Positions 51,385 to 64,000 of a stretch of DNA of 64,000 nt are shown here, piece by piece. Numbering within the stretch: position 1 is the stretch's first letter; each line of letters opens with the position of its first letter. The position numbers were made by a program, and so were the translations under genes. The DNA lies in NCBI GenBank assembly GCA_012026655.1, contig JAAILG010000744.1, forward strand, positions 1-64,000, given 5' to 3'. Source of the stretch: Hydrolagus affinis (lineage: Eukaryota). The notes beneath the pieces were generated by a model. The model had not been told where the DNA came from. It worked only from the letters and a program-made list of their open reading frames with translations, and searched no databases.

Positions 51385-52676
51385 AGTGTCCTGTAGCCTA
51401 TTGGTAAAGTACGCAAGTGATAGGACCAGATTCGATTCTTGGACAGGGCGAAGCGTTGGGTAAATTTCCTTAATGCACATGTCACTGTTTACCTAGCAAT
51501 AAGTAGGAACCTGGTTGTCAGTCAATTGGCAGATCGTTTGTTCGACATTGGCTGCCATGTACTGCCTTTGATATACTGTATTCTGTTCATTCCCAGAATG
51601 GAGCTCAATACATTTTTTAAAGGGTACTCACAGTTATCATGTACTTCCATAAATAATAATAATATCCTTGCATTCGATATAGCGATTTTCATTGCTTCTA
51701 GCTGTCTCAAAGCGCTTCACAGAATACACTGTAAAGTGAATTGACTGTATAATTGTGGGTGAAATGCGGCAGCCAGATGCGCACAGCAGTGTCCCATAAA
51801 CAGTCATGGATTGAAGTGACCAATTTAATATTGTTTGTTTTTCTTGGGGGATTATTATCAGGTGTGTAGAGGAAGGAATCTTGCCCAAGGTTTTGTCCTG
51901 CCGAGAATCGAACCCAGAGCTCCCACCTGCTCTAACCACTGAGCTACAGGACTTTTCTAATAAAAATAATCATAATCCTTGCATTTGATATAGAGCCTTA
52001 TCACGTCTTCTAGACGTCTGAAAGCACTTCATTGAATATGCTGTAAAGTTATTTGACTGTGGGCAAAATGAGGCAGCCAATTGTGCTCAGCAGAGGCCCA
52101 CAAACAGCCGTGGATTGAGTGACCAAAGTATAGGTAGTATTATTTTATTTATTTATTTGAAGGGATTATTACCCCCCGGAAAGGCGATCCGCCAATCTAC
52201 AAACCAGCATGGTCCTACTTGCAGCTAGGTAAATGTAAGTGTGTGGAGTAAGGAAACTTGGCCAATGTTTCACCTTGACCGGGAATCAAACCCAGGTCCT
52301 CTCGCTTGCGAGGGTTCTAAGCAATGAGCTGCAGATTTCCATAGTTGGTGGCTTTAATACTATTTCAACCCAAATTGTCTGTTATCAATATAATAATAAT
52401 AATTGTTGCATTTGATATAGTGCTTTTCACATCTATCGATGTCTCAAAGCGCGTCACAGAATATACTGTAAAATGAATTGACTGTATATTTGTGGGTGAA
52501 ATGCGGCAGCCAATTGTGCACAGCAGTGTCCCACAAACAGTCGTGGATTGAAAATGACCAATTTTTATTATTTTTTTGGGGACGGATTATTATTAGGCGT
52601 GTGGAGTAAGGAAATTTGCACACAGGTTTCATGCTTGTAAGGCGAGTGCTCTAACCATTGAGCTACAGGAGCTCCT
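51385..52676. mobile_element. Cluster of four tRNA SINEs: + long-form 5' part (about 51385-51570), - short (51652-51952), - long (51965-52340), - short (52390-52676)
   Basis: Each matches the family consensus. Confidence 0.88.
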
Positions 52677-53205
52677 GAATGACTCTCCTGAATGAACAGA
52701 TAATTTCTGGAGTATGACACTCCAAGCACAAAAAGCTCTTAGAGATGAGTTCCGATGGTGAATATCAGCACGCTTTTGGACTGAGAACCAGTTGACTGAA
52801 ATGGGGGGTATCAAAGCTGAGCTTAATACTGCCTCCCGCCCCCGCACATGTACACACACTTTTCCTGGTTAGCAATCTAGGTACACAGACTGATGTTCCA
52901 TTCCCTAGCCCAGGGACATTGATGCCAATTGTAGTGCCCCAACATCTGCACTAATTATGATCAGTTAAATCCACACAGCCAGAGAATTTAACCTATGACC
53001 TTCTGATGTGTATGGTTTAGTGCTACACTGCATGGTGTCTTTAAGCACTAGGCATCATGAACACCAGGCAGAAAATTTTAAGGAATCAATTAAAATGTAC
53101 AGTTTAACTTATCCCAAATGAAATTTAAATTTTCCATTATTACTTAGAACATATGCTGTGTAACGTTTAGCTTGGCTAAAATACATGTTTATTGAATAAA
53201 TGTGT

Positions 53206-54222
53206 TCGCAAACATGGGGTAAATTTCCACATGTATGCGGACGACACCCAACTGTACCTTTCCGCCTCATCCCTCAACCCCCAGACCATCGATGTTCTGA
53301 CAGCATGTCTGTCCGACATTGAGTCCTGGACGAGGGACAACTTCCTCCAATTGAACGTGAGCAAGACTGAATCCCTCCTGATTGGCTCAAGCCAGTGCCT
53401 CCGCACATCGGGCGCTGCCAGCCTCAACATCCAAGGCTGTACTCTCCACCTCACAAAGCCAGTCAGGAACCTCGGCATCACATTCGACCATAAACTCTCT
53501 TTCCTCCCCCACAACTGTGCCTTGACCGGCACTGCTTATTTCCACCTGCGCAACCTTGACAGGCTCCGCAATTATCTCACCCCCCACGCTGCCGAAACAC
53601 TCGTGCACGCGTACATCACCTCACGGCTGGACTACAGAAACTCTCTCCTCGTTGGCCTCCCCAGCTCCTCCATTCACAGGCTGCAGGTCATCCAAAACTC
53701 TGCAGCCCGTGTACTATCCCGCACCAGCCTCCGTGACCACATAACCCCCACCCTCGCCCGTCTCCACTGGCTCCCCATCCTCCAGAGGATCGAGTTCAAG
53801 ATCCTCGTCCTCACTTTCAAGGCCTTACACGGCCTTGCCCCGCCCTATTTATCCGACTTACTCTCCCACTATAAGCCCACCCGGACCCTCCGTTCAGCAG
53901 GAATTGGCCTGCTCCAAGCCCCCCGCCCGAACCGCCCCACCATCGGAGGCCGGGCCTTCAGTTTCTCCGCTCCCGCCCTATGGAATTCCATGCCCAATCC
54001 CTCCGCCTTGTTTCCTCCCTTTCCTCTTTCAAGGCCGGTTTGAAGACTTTCCTCTTCGACCGTGCCTTTTGTTCCTCCCCGAACTTTTCGACCTCCTCTA
54101 CGTGTTTCACCCCTTCCCGAACACTCCCCTCCCAGCTCGGGTTACACGCCTCCTGTGCAGCGCCTTGGGACGTCCTCCCGACGTGAAAGGCGCTTTATAA
54201 GTTTAAATTGTTGTTGTTGTTG
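53206..54222 (+). mobile_element. Young 5'-truncated L2 LINE; ORF2 RT C-terminal part
   Basis: [56 protein letters not shown]; open for about 260 codons, one frameshift near 53995; CpG-rich; (TTG)n tail. Confidence 0.96.
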
Positions 54223-55749
54223 TGAGACTTGGATTAAAAAAGAATCCATCAGAGAGCTTCTAAATGTGGTTCTTCCCACCATTCCTCTGCATTCTGTACA
54301 GTTTCTTCTTGTGCTCACTGTTGTACCAACAAAGCACCTGCTCCCTCAGTGTTTGAATCCTGGGATAAAAACAGGAATCACACGGTTTAAAATTCTAATG
54401 GACAGTATAAAATAAGGGTAGTGCAAACCCTCAGAATTCCACCAGCCTTTCCTCCAAACCTGCCTTACAGGTGCACATATTTTGATTGATTATACAAAGA
54501 GCCACATTCCAACAAGTTAGTCCATTCAAAGAAATTGCAGAAACCTGGACCACCTAATTACATTAACCACTTTCATGAATAAGAGGCTGTTTTCAAAAGT
54601 ATCCAGGTAATAATGGACCAGCTGCTGCATGGTGACACCGCTCTGCCAAAAGTGCAGCACCTTTAATGTTACGTACAACAGCAATGTACCCATTCACCTA
54701 CAAATACAGTCACTTCACTTTACCAAAACTTTGTGAGGCATTTTGAAACATCCCAATGTTATAGGTGCTACATTAATGCGAGAATTGTTTTAACAATTAT
54801 TAAATGGCAGATCAACAGACTGCAAGCAAGACGTGTATTTCAGCCTAGGATATCCCAAGTTATACAACTTCAATGAAGGCCTTCCTGAGTGTAGCACGTA
54901 TTAAAGGCACGGCTCTTGATGAAGATTTCACTTATCTATAGACTGGAGAAGGTTGAAATAAGGCTTTATTACTGAAGTCACGGCAGCCTCAATCTGCTGC
55001 CACTATGTCAAGAATTCCTAAATGCTGCTGTAAAGCAGTCAGGATCTGACATCCTTCAAACTTTACTGTCGTCTCCGTTCTTGCTTCTAGCTAGAACCCG
55101 GCGACATGTGGGCTTTAAGATGGAAATCTGTCACAGACACAGCAATCCCAACGATTGAATTACACCATCACTCTTCAAATCATAAAGGGCAGCTTACTCA
55201 ATGGAGCAGGGGTAGCAATTAAAAGTCACATATCAAAAGCAATTAGAGGCACTGTAACATCTTTGGAATTGTTTTACAGTTTCATCTACTCAATTAACAC
55301 AAGTAATAGGGCTGGGGTTTCTGAGGAATGTCAAAAGTCACAGAACGTTATGGAGTGAACCAGTAACTGCTCGCTCTGACACACACACTAGATGACAGCA
55401 CTAAAACTAAATGCTATTTGGAAGAATCCTTACAACAACTCTTAACATAAGAAGGATTTATTTTCTGATGTGAACTCTAAACCAGATCTTAGGTGTGTAC
55501 ACTCTTTCAAGAGTAATAATAGAATGAACCAGGTTTGAGTCTTTGCCCCAGATTTATAAGAACGAGTTAACAATTTCCATTGGTTTAGTGACTTTGGGCC
55601 GCATTACAGAAAATATTAAGCACAGGTTGGCAAGAGCCAAGGTTTGAGGACCCCAGAGTGTGCGTTGGGATACTATTGGAGTCTAACCAACTAAAACTGC
55701 ATAGCTTGCCATCTGACAAACTGTCTTATTGTTTTGTCCAGCTAGGACA

Positions 55750-56215
55750 AGAACAACACAATTACATGTGCCTTTCATTTCGGGGGTGGGGGCGCGGGTG
55801 AATGAGGGAGGACAGAGAGGTAGGGGGCGCGGCTTGAAAAGCAGGGTCTTGAGTTGGATCTTAAAGAAGGCAAGAGAGAGAGCAAAGCAAAAGAATGAAG
55901 TTCCAAAGAGTGGGGGCACAGAGGCTGAAACCTCGGCCGCTGATTGTAGGGTGGGTCAGTTGGGAGACATGGAGCAGGTTAGAGCCTGCTGAAGGGAGGG
56001 AGTGGGCAGGTTGATAGGGGGGTCAGCAGGTCAGAGAGATAGGAAATGGCAAGGCCATGGAGGGCCTTGAAAGTGAGGACTAGGATTTTGAATTCTATCC
56101 TCTGAGATATGGGGAGTCAGTAGAGCTGGGTAAGAGTGGGATTGATGGGATCATGGAGCCTGGTATTGGAGAGGGTAGTTGAAGCGTTTGGGATGATCTG
56201 CAGCTTGTGGACTGT
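55750..56215 (-). mobile_element. L2 3' fragment
   Basis: HKLQIIPNAS, EFKILVLTFKALHGLA, LKTLLF motifs. Confidence 0.87.
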
Positions 56216-56924
56216 ACTACCCATTAGGGTTTTGGCTTGTAGGATTGCAGAATTGATGGGAACTAGCTGAGTGGAATGAGACTCTGCCCCTAATGATTGG
56301 TCTGCCCTTCTAGTGATCTGTATATCAGAGTCTAGTGAGCAATAGGCAACACAGAACCTCAATGATAGTGAATGATAGCTTCAGTCCAGGCCCAAGACTG
56401 TTTTGGGCATAGTCTGGTCATCAGGTTATGTGCCTAGTACCCAACCTCGAACAGCAGTCATACTTACCACAGAGTTGAAAAGAACACATTATAAAGCATG
56501 GTAAAAATTTATGCTTTTTTGATAATTATATTAATACAGTATTTGGATTAAACATAGTGAAATGTCTCAAAGTGCTTTGAACAATCTAAATTTAGTGACA
56601 GTCAGTATGTGGGCAAATGTAACAGTGAATTCCAAAAACAACAATCAGTTAATCAGCTTTTTGTTGAATTTTAACGTTTGCCAGTACATTGGGATAAAAA
56701 TTCAGGAATATAGATTTTTTAAGCACAGGTTTGTGCATCAGGTTTGTGCCACCAATTGCCTTTTATTTAACTCCCATTTTTGATGATCTGATCTGCTTGT
56801 TCTTTTGCCTTTTCACCTCCCTTTGTTTAATGTTATTAACACCTCTTCTCTCCAGTCTTTGTTGCAATACCCACTTTTGTTTCCCAACATTAACATTAAC
56901 ACAAATTAACATTCGTGTTATTTA

Positions 56925-57165
56925 ACCCATCATCTCCTGCCTTCTACTCCATTTTCTCCTTTGTCTTCCTTGCCCTGCCTCTCCCTCTCTGTTAGTCCTT
57001 AAAAGTCTCTGCCTCCCAACACACCCCAGTACTGACAAAGGGTTGTGAACCCGAAATGTTGACTCACTTTTCCTTTCTCCATAGATGCTCCTGACCTGCT
57101 GAGTGTTTCCAGCTATTTCTGTTTTTGTTTCAGTTTTCCAGCATCTGCAGTATTTTGCATTTTCA
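56925..57165 (+). mobile_element. Penelope-like element 3' end with a degenerate hammerhead motif
   Basis: Pyrimidine tract, CTGACAA-A-GGGTT-GTG-AACCC-GAAATGTT, then GATGCT.CTGACCTGCTGAGTGTTTCCAGC...TTCTGTTTTTG. Confidence 0.72.
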
Positions 57166-57994
57166 AATGAGCAATACACTGAATCTTAAACTGAAATCTG
57201 AATTAAACTAAAGTCTACTCTCTGGTAACATGCAATCATTCAGAGTAGTTTTAATTGATAACCTACGAATTGTGAGAAGGTTCTGGGGAAGGTGTCTGTG
57301 TAGTTACAGATTCTTTCTCCTCAACCCAGTTTAAACTATCCAGTCTGATTTAATCTATTTGCACACATATTGACTCCATATTCATTAACCAATTTGATTT
57401 AGATAGACTGACTCTGAGGGCAACAGACTCCTCAATGCTGAAGGCAGAATGATTGAGTGGTGGTGTAAAGACGTCACTTGCTGTAAATATCTTATCAGCA
57501 CCCATTTCCTGATCCTCCAACTCCCAAACAAACACATTAACTACACTGTTCCAAGTGCTGGTCCAGCTGCCTCCTCCTCTTTCAAGGTTAACAAACACTG
57601 GCTCACTTCAGTCTATCGCTAGAACAGTCTACCGTACTGCCTACTATCTCATTAATAAAAGACTAAATGGTGATCAGGCTTCTTCTCCCTACGTCCACAA
57701 ACCTGGCAACAAACAATGACTAGCTGCATGTTCACAGCAGCTCTGAAGAGAATCGCTCACTAAATGTAACAATGGTTTTCCAAAAATATTTTCAGAGTAA
57801 ACTTGAAATGGAAATTATTTATTTCTATTTTGTAAACCAAAAGATGTTTAGGTGGATATGAAAGATCCCGCAACAAAAACGAAAAGAAGTTTCTCACAGT
57901 GTCCCAGCTGACAATCTAGGAAAATTATTGCTGGAATATCACCATTCATTGTTATCATTTACACGAAAAAATACTATGGCTGAGTAAACAAAAT

Positions 57995-58410
57995 ATAATA
58001 ATAGTAAAAATCCTTGCATTTGATATAGCGCTTTCCACATCTTATCAACGTCCCAAAGCGCTTCACAGAATGTACTGTAAAGTGAATTGACTACATATTT
58101 GTAGGCGAATCGCGGCAGCCAATTGCGCACAGCAGTGTCCCACAGNNNNNNNNNNNNNNNNNNNNNNNNNNNNNNNNNNNNNNNNNNNNNNNNNNNNNNN
58201 NNNNNNNNNNNNNNNNNNNNNNNNNNNNNNNNNNNNNNNNNNNNNTTTATTATTGTGTTTTTTTTGGAGGGATTATTATTAGGCGTGTGGAGTAAGGAAA
58301 CTTGCCCAAGGTTTCGCCCTGACCTGCCTGGATTCGAACACAGGTCTCCCCAGCTTGGTCTCCCCAGCTTGCAAGACAAGTGCTCTAACCACTGAGCCAC
58401 AGGAGCTCCA
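57995..58410 (-). mobile_element. Young short-form SINE spanning the assembly gap at 58146-58245
   Basis: Head with GTTCGAATCC; 14-bp tandem duplication at 58343-58370. Confidence 0.92.
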
Positions 58411-58644
58411 CAAATATAAACAACAACAACAACAAAATGCTTTTACAATGGAGCTGGACAATGAAGGGTCTGTACCAGTGCTGGGGGATTGGAATCAAGA
58501 GATTAAATTAGAACATTTACATCAGGGTAGAAATTATGAATGTGTCAATCTTGCTAAATGTGACACTACCACTAAATATGGGACCCTCTAAAGCAAGACA
58601 TAGGACATTCATTTGAATGAACAACCTGCACAGTGCTTATTGGA

Positions 58645-59270
58645 ATCTACAACAACAAATTACATTTACATAGTGTCTTTCATGTTGGAAATACATCCCA
58701 AGGTGCTAGACTCTAGAGTATGAATCAGAAAGATTTCAATTAGGAGCTGCCTTGAGCTTATCACCCCATCCTTGCATGTCTCCATTGGCTCCCGAGGAGA
58801 TCATATTTAGGATCTTCATCCTTATCTTCAAATCCCTCTGCAAACTCACCCCATCTTACCTCTGTGACCTACGACCCTACCACCTAGTCACTCCCTCCAC
58901 TTAGTTAATGCAAATATGCTGTGAGTCCCCCATTCAACCCTTCCTGCCATCAGTGGGCAAGTTTTCCAGTCTCCGCTTTCTAGAACTGTATCACAGTTCC
59001 TCCCCCCGCTACCTTTACAATCTGCCTTTAAAACCTCTCATTTCAATTGCATATTTGGTCTCCCAGCTTTACATCCAGCTTGGGTACCAAGTCAACACAG
59101 TTAACATCCCACCATGACATCCTCCCATCATGAAAGGTGCTGCATAAAAATAAATTACAATAATAAATGTCCATTACAAGGGGTCTTAAAATCAGAACCA
59201 AGACATTTAGAACTAAAGACAAGAAGCATTTCTTCAGACAGATAGTTGTGAAAATGTGGAATGTTCTGCG
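58645..59270. mobile_element. L2 tail (-), decayed L2 3' fragment (+, about 58755-59165) and CR1 scrap (+)
   Basis: ITPSL..LHWLP-like and FRIFILIFKSL motifs; TRGLKI...KHFFRQIVVKMWN. Confidence 0.65.
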
Positions 59271-60404
59271 GGATGAAGAGCTGAATAGATTCACCACTAT
59301 GTGGTCCCATAACTTCTCATTACAAGTCTCCCTGAGCATCTCAGCATGTGAAATGGCCATAAAAGTGGAACAATTCACACTCAAACAGTGAGAGGTTTTT
59401 TTCTAAAGCTGAAGTTAAGGATGATTGTTAGGGATAGAGCCATTTGTGGTTTGTGAATGCTGGAAGCTAGCAATTGGTGTAAAATGATGTAGAAAGATCC
59501 ACTCCCAAATACTGATATCTTTAACCTCAATGACAGACAAAAAATGATCACACTGCAAATTTGAAAAATCCATTAAAAAATACCAACTGGTGCAACTTGC
59601 AATTATGGTTTTAACTATAGAACATAAAATTACTTTTCAGAAGCATGATGTTCTTTTGATAGTTTACTGAATTTGGAACGCAGTTCATTCACACATCATA
59701 AAGAGCTCAATGCTCTAACTCTTTTACCAGCACAAGCCTATATTTAGATTTGAACAAAATACATCCTGCCCGGCAGCAACCTATAGTTAGTTTTGGACTG
59801 CTAGCTTTATTTTTCATTCACTGAATAAAATAGAATAGCAAATTGACATTCTGGGTGAAATAGACACAGACCAGATGGATTTCAGGAAAACTGTAATATT
59901 ATTGTAATTGTAACATGAAAAACATTAAAAATATATTTGTTAAAAGGAAAAATGCTCTTTAGAAGACCCGACTGAAATATCTTAGCTAACCAGCGGAGAA
60001 TCTTCACTTAGCTTCAAAATAACCAAATTGTCAGAGATTGGGGATTTATTTGATTCAATATTCAGATCTAAATTAGATTTTTTTACACAATTTATTTTCT
60101 TCCACCAATTGTCCCCCTGATTTGCATTCATTACCTATCCTCTTTAGGGGACATTAACTGCATTGGTTCTATCGTGTTAAAATTATAGTATTCCAAAATG
60201 CTGTCTTACTTGTGGAATGTTGCTGGTGCAGATTAGCTGTTATGATGGGCTATATAACAGGATTCAATATTGAATCCGATTTTGTAATTTATTCTTTGAT
60301 TGTGTTATTAATTTTAGGTTCTGTCTGCATTGGGACTCGTGTGAAAGTAAAGGAAATCATCTGCTGTTGTTATTTTAAATAAATACAGAATTTTGCTCCC
60401 AGCT

Positions 60405-60685
60405 ATGTAGGGGAAAGGAGAGTAGGAGAGGAGGGAGAGTTAGAGGGGAGCAGAAGGCACGGTCGAAGAGGAAGGTCTTGAGACCGGTGCCTTAAAGGAG
60501 GAAAGGGAGGAAGTGAGGCGAAGGGATTGCGGGATGGAGTTCCAGAGTGTGGGGGCAGAGAAGTTGAAAGCCTGGCCACCGATGGTAGGGCGGTTCGGGC
60601 AGGGGACATAGAACAGGCCAGAGCCCACTGAATGGAGGGGACAGACAGGCTGATAGGGAGACAGGAGGTCAGAGAGATAGGCGTG
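60405..60685 (-). mobile_element. L2 3' fragment
   Basis: YLSDLLSPYQP...TIGGQAFNFSAPTLWNSIPQSLR. Confidence 0.9.
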
Positions 60686-60834
60686 AAAAATGCTATTCAA
60701 ATCGAAGGTATTATGCCCCTATGATAAATAATGAAATACATTCAGAAATAATGCAATTTTTATTCCTGTGAGAGGTAACAGTGTCTGGATAATTCACTCA
60801 AGTGACTATTATTCATACGTTACATGGAGATTTG

Positions 60835-61180
60835 TGGAGTCCCGTAGCTCAGTAGTAAGACCACTTGTCTCGCAAGCAAACAACCTGGGTTTAACTGTCA
60901 GCAGGGCAGTACTTTCCTTACCTAGCAGTCAGTAGGAACCCAGTTGTTAGTTAATTGGTGGATTGCTTTTCAATGGGTAAACATGCCTTTTAAAAAAAAT
61001 TGATCATTGAATCCACAACTGTGGATTTGTGGGACAATGCTGTGCGCAACTGGCTGCCACATTTTGTCCACAAAATATACAGTCAATTCACTATACAGCA
61101 TATTCTGTGATGCTCTTTGAGACTTCTTGAAGACTTGATAAGGTTCTATATCAAATGCAAGGATTATTATTATTATTATT
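60835..61180 (+). mobile_element. tRNA-derived SINE, long form
   Basis: GGAGTCCCGTAGCTCAGT head, long-form block, tail. Confidence 0.85.
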
Positions 61181-62469
61181 TGAACCCACCACAGGTTGGT
61201 CTTAGCAGATCTGTGTTATTTAAGCCACAGCTGTATTGGTGGTGGTTTCAGTGTTGATCAAGAATAGTATTTTCCCATTGAGCCATCAGGAGATCACTAT
61301 CACCAGATATGCTGTAACAGATATATAGGGATTTTGAAAAATAATCCTCTCTCTTCACATGTCAACAATGACTCACACTGAGGTACAATTCCACACACAG
61401 TGATGCTATCCCACTCAAACAGACATTCTTCATGGATCAACTTGAATAATGAGTGTCGGCAGACTATTCAACTGCAGAGGCTAAGTGTGATGCTGTCCTC
61501 ACCTAATCCATTCATCAGCACTTTCCAGCAGGGCAGGAATACTAATCGAATGCTAATAGAGTATGCACAGTACCAGTTAGAACATATACTTTTTTTAAGA
61601 ATTCATTTTATGGATATGCTCGTTAATGTGCAATTTTATTTTTACTAATCCATAATAAATATTTATAATCTTAGGAGACTGAACCACTATAAAGTAGTGC
61701 TGTGCTGCTCGGTGCCTTTGGTGATATGGTGGCAACAGTATAAATAAAAAAGGAAAATCATTGGGTGGTATATTCACCATTATTGCAACTCAATTCCCAA
61801 GGCTATGTGCAATATGATGAAAGACTGACATGATGGAGACGGAGTGAGTTGGAACATTGCCTTTGTAAAGAGGATTAAAAATCTGATGAGATGGGGAAAA
61901 GCAGACTATTCAGCAGCCTTACAACTAGGGCGTTTACACAGCAAAGATTCAGGTTTCTCCTGTCAAGTTTAACATATTTCTGAAAGTGCAAGGATGTCAA
62001 AAGCTGCCTGTGCTTCTCACACAGAATTTAAATAACAAACAGACAGTATAATCTCAGAATACATGGCTAATCATAGTAAATTGTCCTGTATTTGAAAAAT
62101 ATTATACGTGCAGTACAAGGTGATTCAAATAAACATGTGTCATGTGGATTTAACATGACCCACCATTACGCTTCAATTATGCGTCCCCAAAGAAAGCATA
62201 CAAAGTCCAGTCAGTCCTGGCCATGAAAGAGAACCCTGTCCACCGGTTAATCAACAGTTCTTGGTTGAGATGTCTCTCCAAATTCACACCGAAAGGGTCA
62301 GATTGTGTGCATTTTCAATTATCCTATTCTCAAAACCACCTGCCCTTTCTTCAGTGAGGCTTTATGAGCAAGTCCCAGCCTGTTTCTCTTGTGTCCCAAC
62401 AGATGTCTTTTGAATAAATACATATGTTAACCCCAAGAAAAATTATGTCCATTATGTCAATGTTTAGAA

Positions 62470-64000
62470 ATAACAACAACAACTTGCACTTATATAGTGC
62501 CCTCCACGTAAGCACAGTCAAAAAGGAAGGTTTTCAAACAAGACTTCAAAAGGGGAGAAAGGGGGCAGAGATATTGAGGTGTTCCACAGTTTTGAGATAT
62601 AGTGGCTGAAATTGCAACCATGAAATCGGTAGGGAGGTGCCAGGGAGTGAATGAATTTGAGTGAATGCCAAGGAGTATGACGATCTTGAAATAGATCCGT
62701 TTGGTGAAGGGGAGCCAGTGGAACCCGGCCACAGCTGGTGAGATTGGGACATTGAGTTTGGCAAGTATGAGGGCAGCAGTTCTGAATGAGCTAGATTGTT
62801 TGAATAGTGCAGCTGGGGAGACTGGCGAGAAGTGCCTTTGAGTAATCCAAGTGGGAAGTGACAAACTCATGCACGAGGATTTCAGTTGCATTTGCGACAA
62901 GGTACTGTCAGAGGCGGGCAACGTAGTGGAGGTGGAGGAAGGACAGCTGGATTGTCGAACCAGACTAGTTTGCGCACTGGTTCAGTGAGTCTGAGAGAGA
63001 GCCTTCTCTCAGGGAGGTTGATGAGTTCAGATCCACAGAAGTGAAGACGTGGACGGGAGCCAAGGAGTATGTCTTCCGTCTTGTCCACTTTCAGCTGCAC
63101 TCAGTGTGCACTCCTTCAGACACTGACAGAACATTGAAGGACCTAGAATTGATGCTGGAGGAGAAAAAGTAGATTTGTGGGTCAACTGCATCCATTTGGA
63201 AGGTACCCCATGTCTGTGGATGACATCGCCAAAAGGGAGCATGTAGATGAAGAAAAGAATAGGGCCAAGGATGGAGCCCTGGGCGGGGATGGGAGGAGAA
63301 ACCATTTGCTGAAATGGTGGATGTGGTTGGCTAAGTAGGACACGAACCATGTGAGTTCAGTCTCACTAAGGTGGATGAGGGAAGAGAGACAGTGGAGGAG
63401 GATGGCATGGGTGACTGTGTCGAACATGGCTGAGATCCAGGAGGATGAGGAGGCAGAGAGAGTCCTGGCTGCAGCTTGAGAGGACACTGTTTCTGACTTT
63501 GACAAGTCTTGTCTCTGTGCTGTGGGCAGGGCGAAAACCAGACTCAAAGGGCTCGATGAGGGAGTAGAGAGAGACCTGTGACCAAAGTTGACCTGCAACA
63601 ATGCGTACCAGGACTAAAGGGTAGGTTCTAATTTGGGTAGAGGAATGATAGATTAGAGGGATCAAAGGTGGATTTTTTGAGGAGAGATGTGATAACAGTG
63701 GTTTTCAGGGGGGTGTGAGTCTGAGGAGAGACTGACAAATGTCTGAATTGAGTACAACAATTTTTAAGCAATAAAAGGGATTGTCTTATACAATTGCACA
63801 TGTCATTGCTTTTGTTTTTGAAAGACCACAGCGTTTCTTAGTTTTCAATTAATTATTGTTTCTGTGGTGTTATGCAGTGCTGGTGCTGCTTATGCAAGGC
63901 GTTGAAAGATCAAGGGTTTGCACCACAGCTAGGGTTTGGAGTCAAGTGAAGTGGAGGGTACGAAGGCTGGAGGTGGGAGGATGACCGATGGTATGTTTAA
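62470..64000 (-). mobile_element. Decayed L2 LINE, RT region to tail; probably continues beyond the window
   Basis: SGFRPAHSTET, LILLDLS, FDTV.HAILL, QGSILGPILFFIYMLP, HWLPF..RI.FKI with many frameshifts. Confidence 0.9.

Noticed and set aside
53192-54043. 283-aa ORF as a host gene or novel RT system
   Set aside because: Standard L2 ORF2 C-terminus, 5'-truncated just before YADD, with no true start and no partner genes

Overview
Vertebrate non-coding DNA, not prokaryotic. The repeat content (a dominant tRNA-headed SINE ending in ...AAGCGCTATATCAAATGCAAGGATTATTATT, SacSINE1/DeuSINE-type SINEs, many L2-clade and CR1-clade LINE fragments, shark-type Penelope ends) points to a cartilaginous fish, probably a chimaera such as elephant shark (inference). 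I recognise no host protein-coding gene. The only ORFs I can assign are broken LINE reverse-transcriptase fragments, the best being a young 5'-truncated L2 at 53206-54222 with YADD. There are three 100-N gaps, a CpG-enriched left edge and several repeat-free, motif-dense blocks that look like enhancers. I found no convincing new biological system. The best second-look items are: an exact dispersed 62-bp duplication with an internal palindrome (47423/48060); a pre-miRNA-sized hairpin made of two L2-type tails (30279-30343); degenerate hammerhead motifs in Penelope-like ends; a speculative in-frame three-exon chain on the minus strand; and modular SINE/LINE tail sharing with nested insertions. 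Repeat boundaries were read by eye and are approximate, and family names are from memory of consensus sequences, not a database search.
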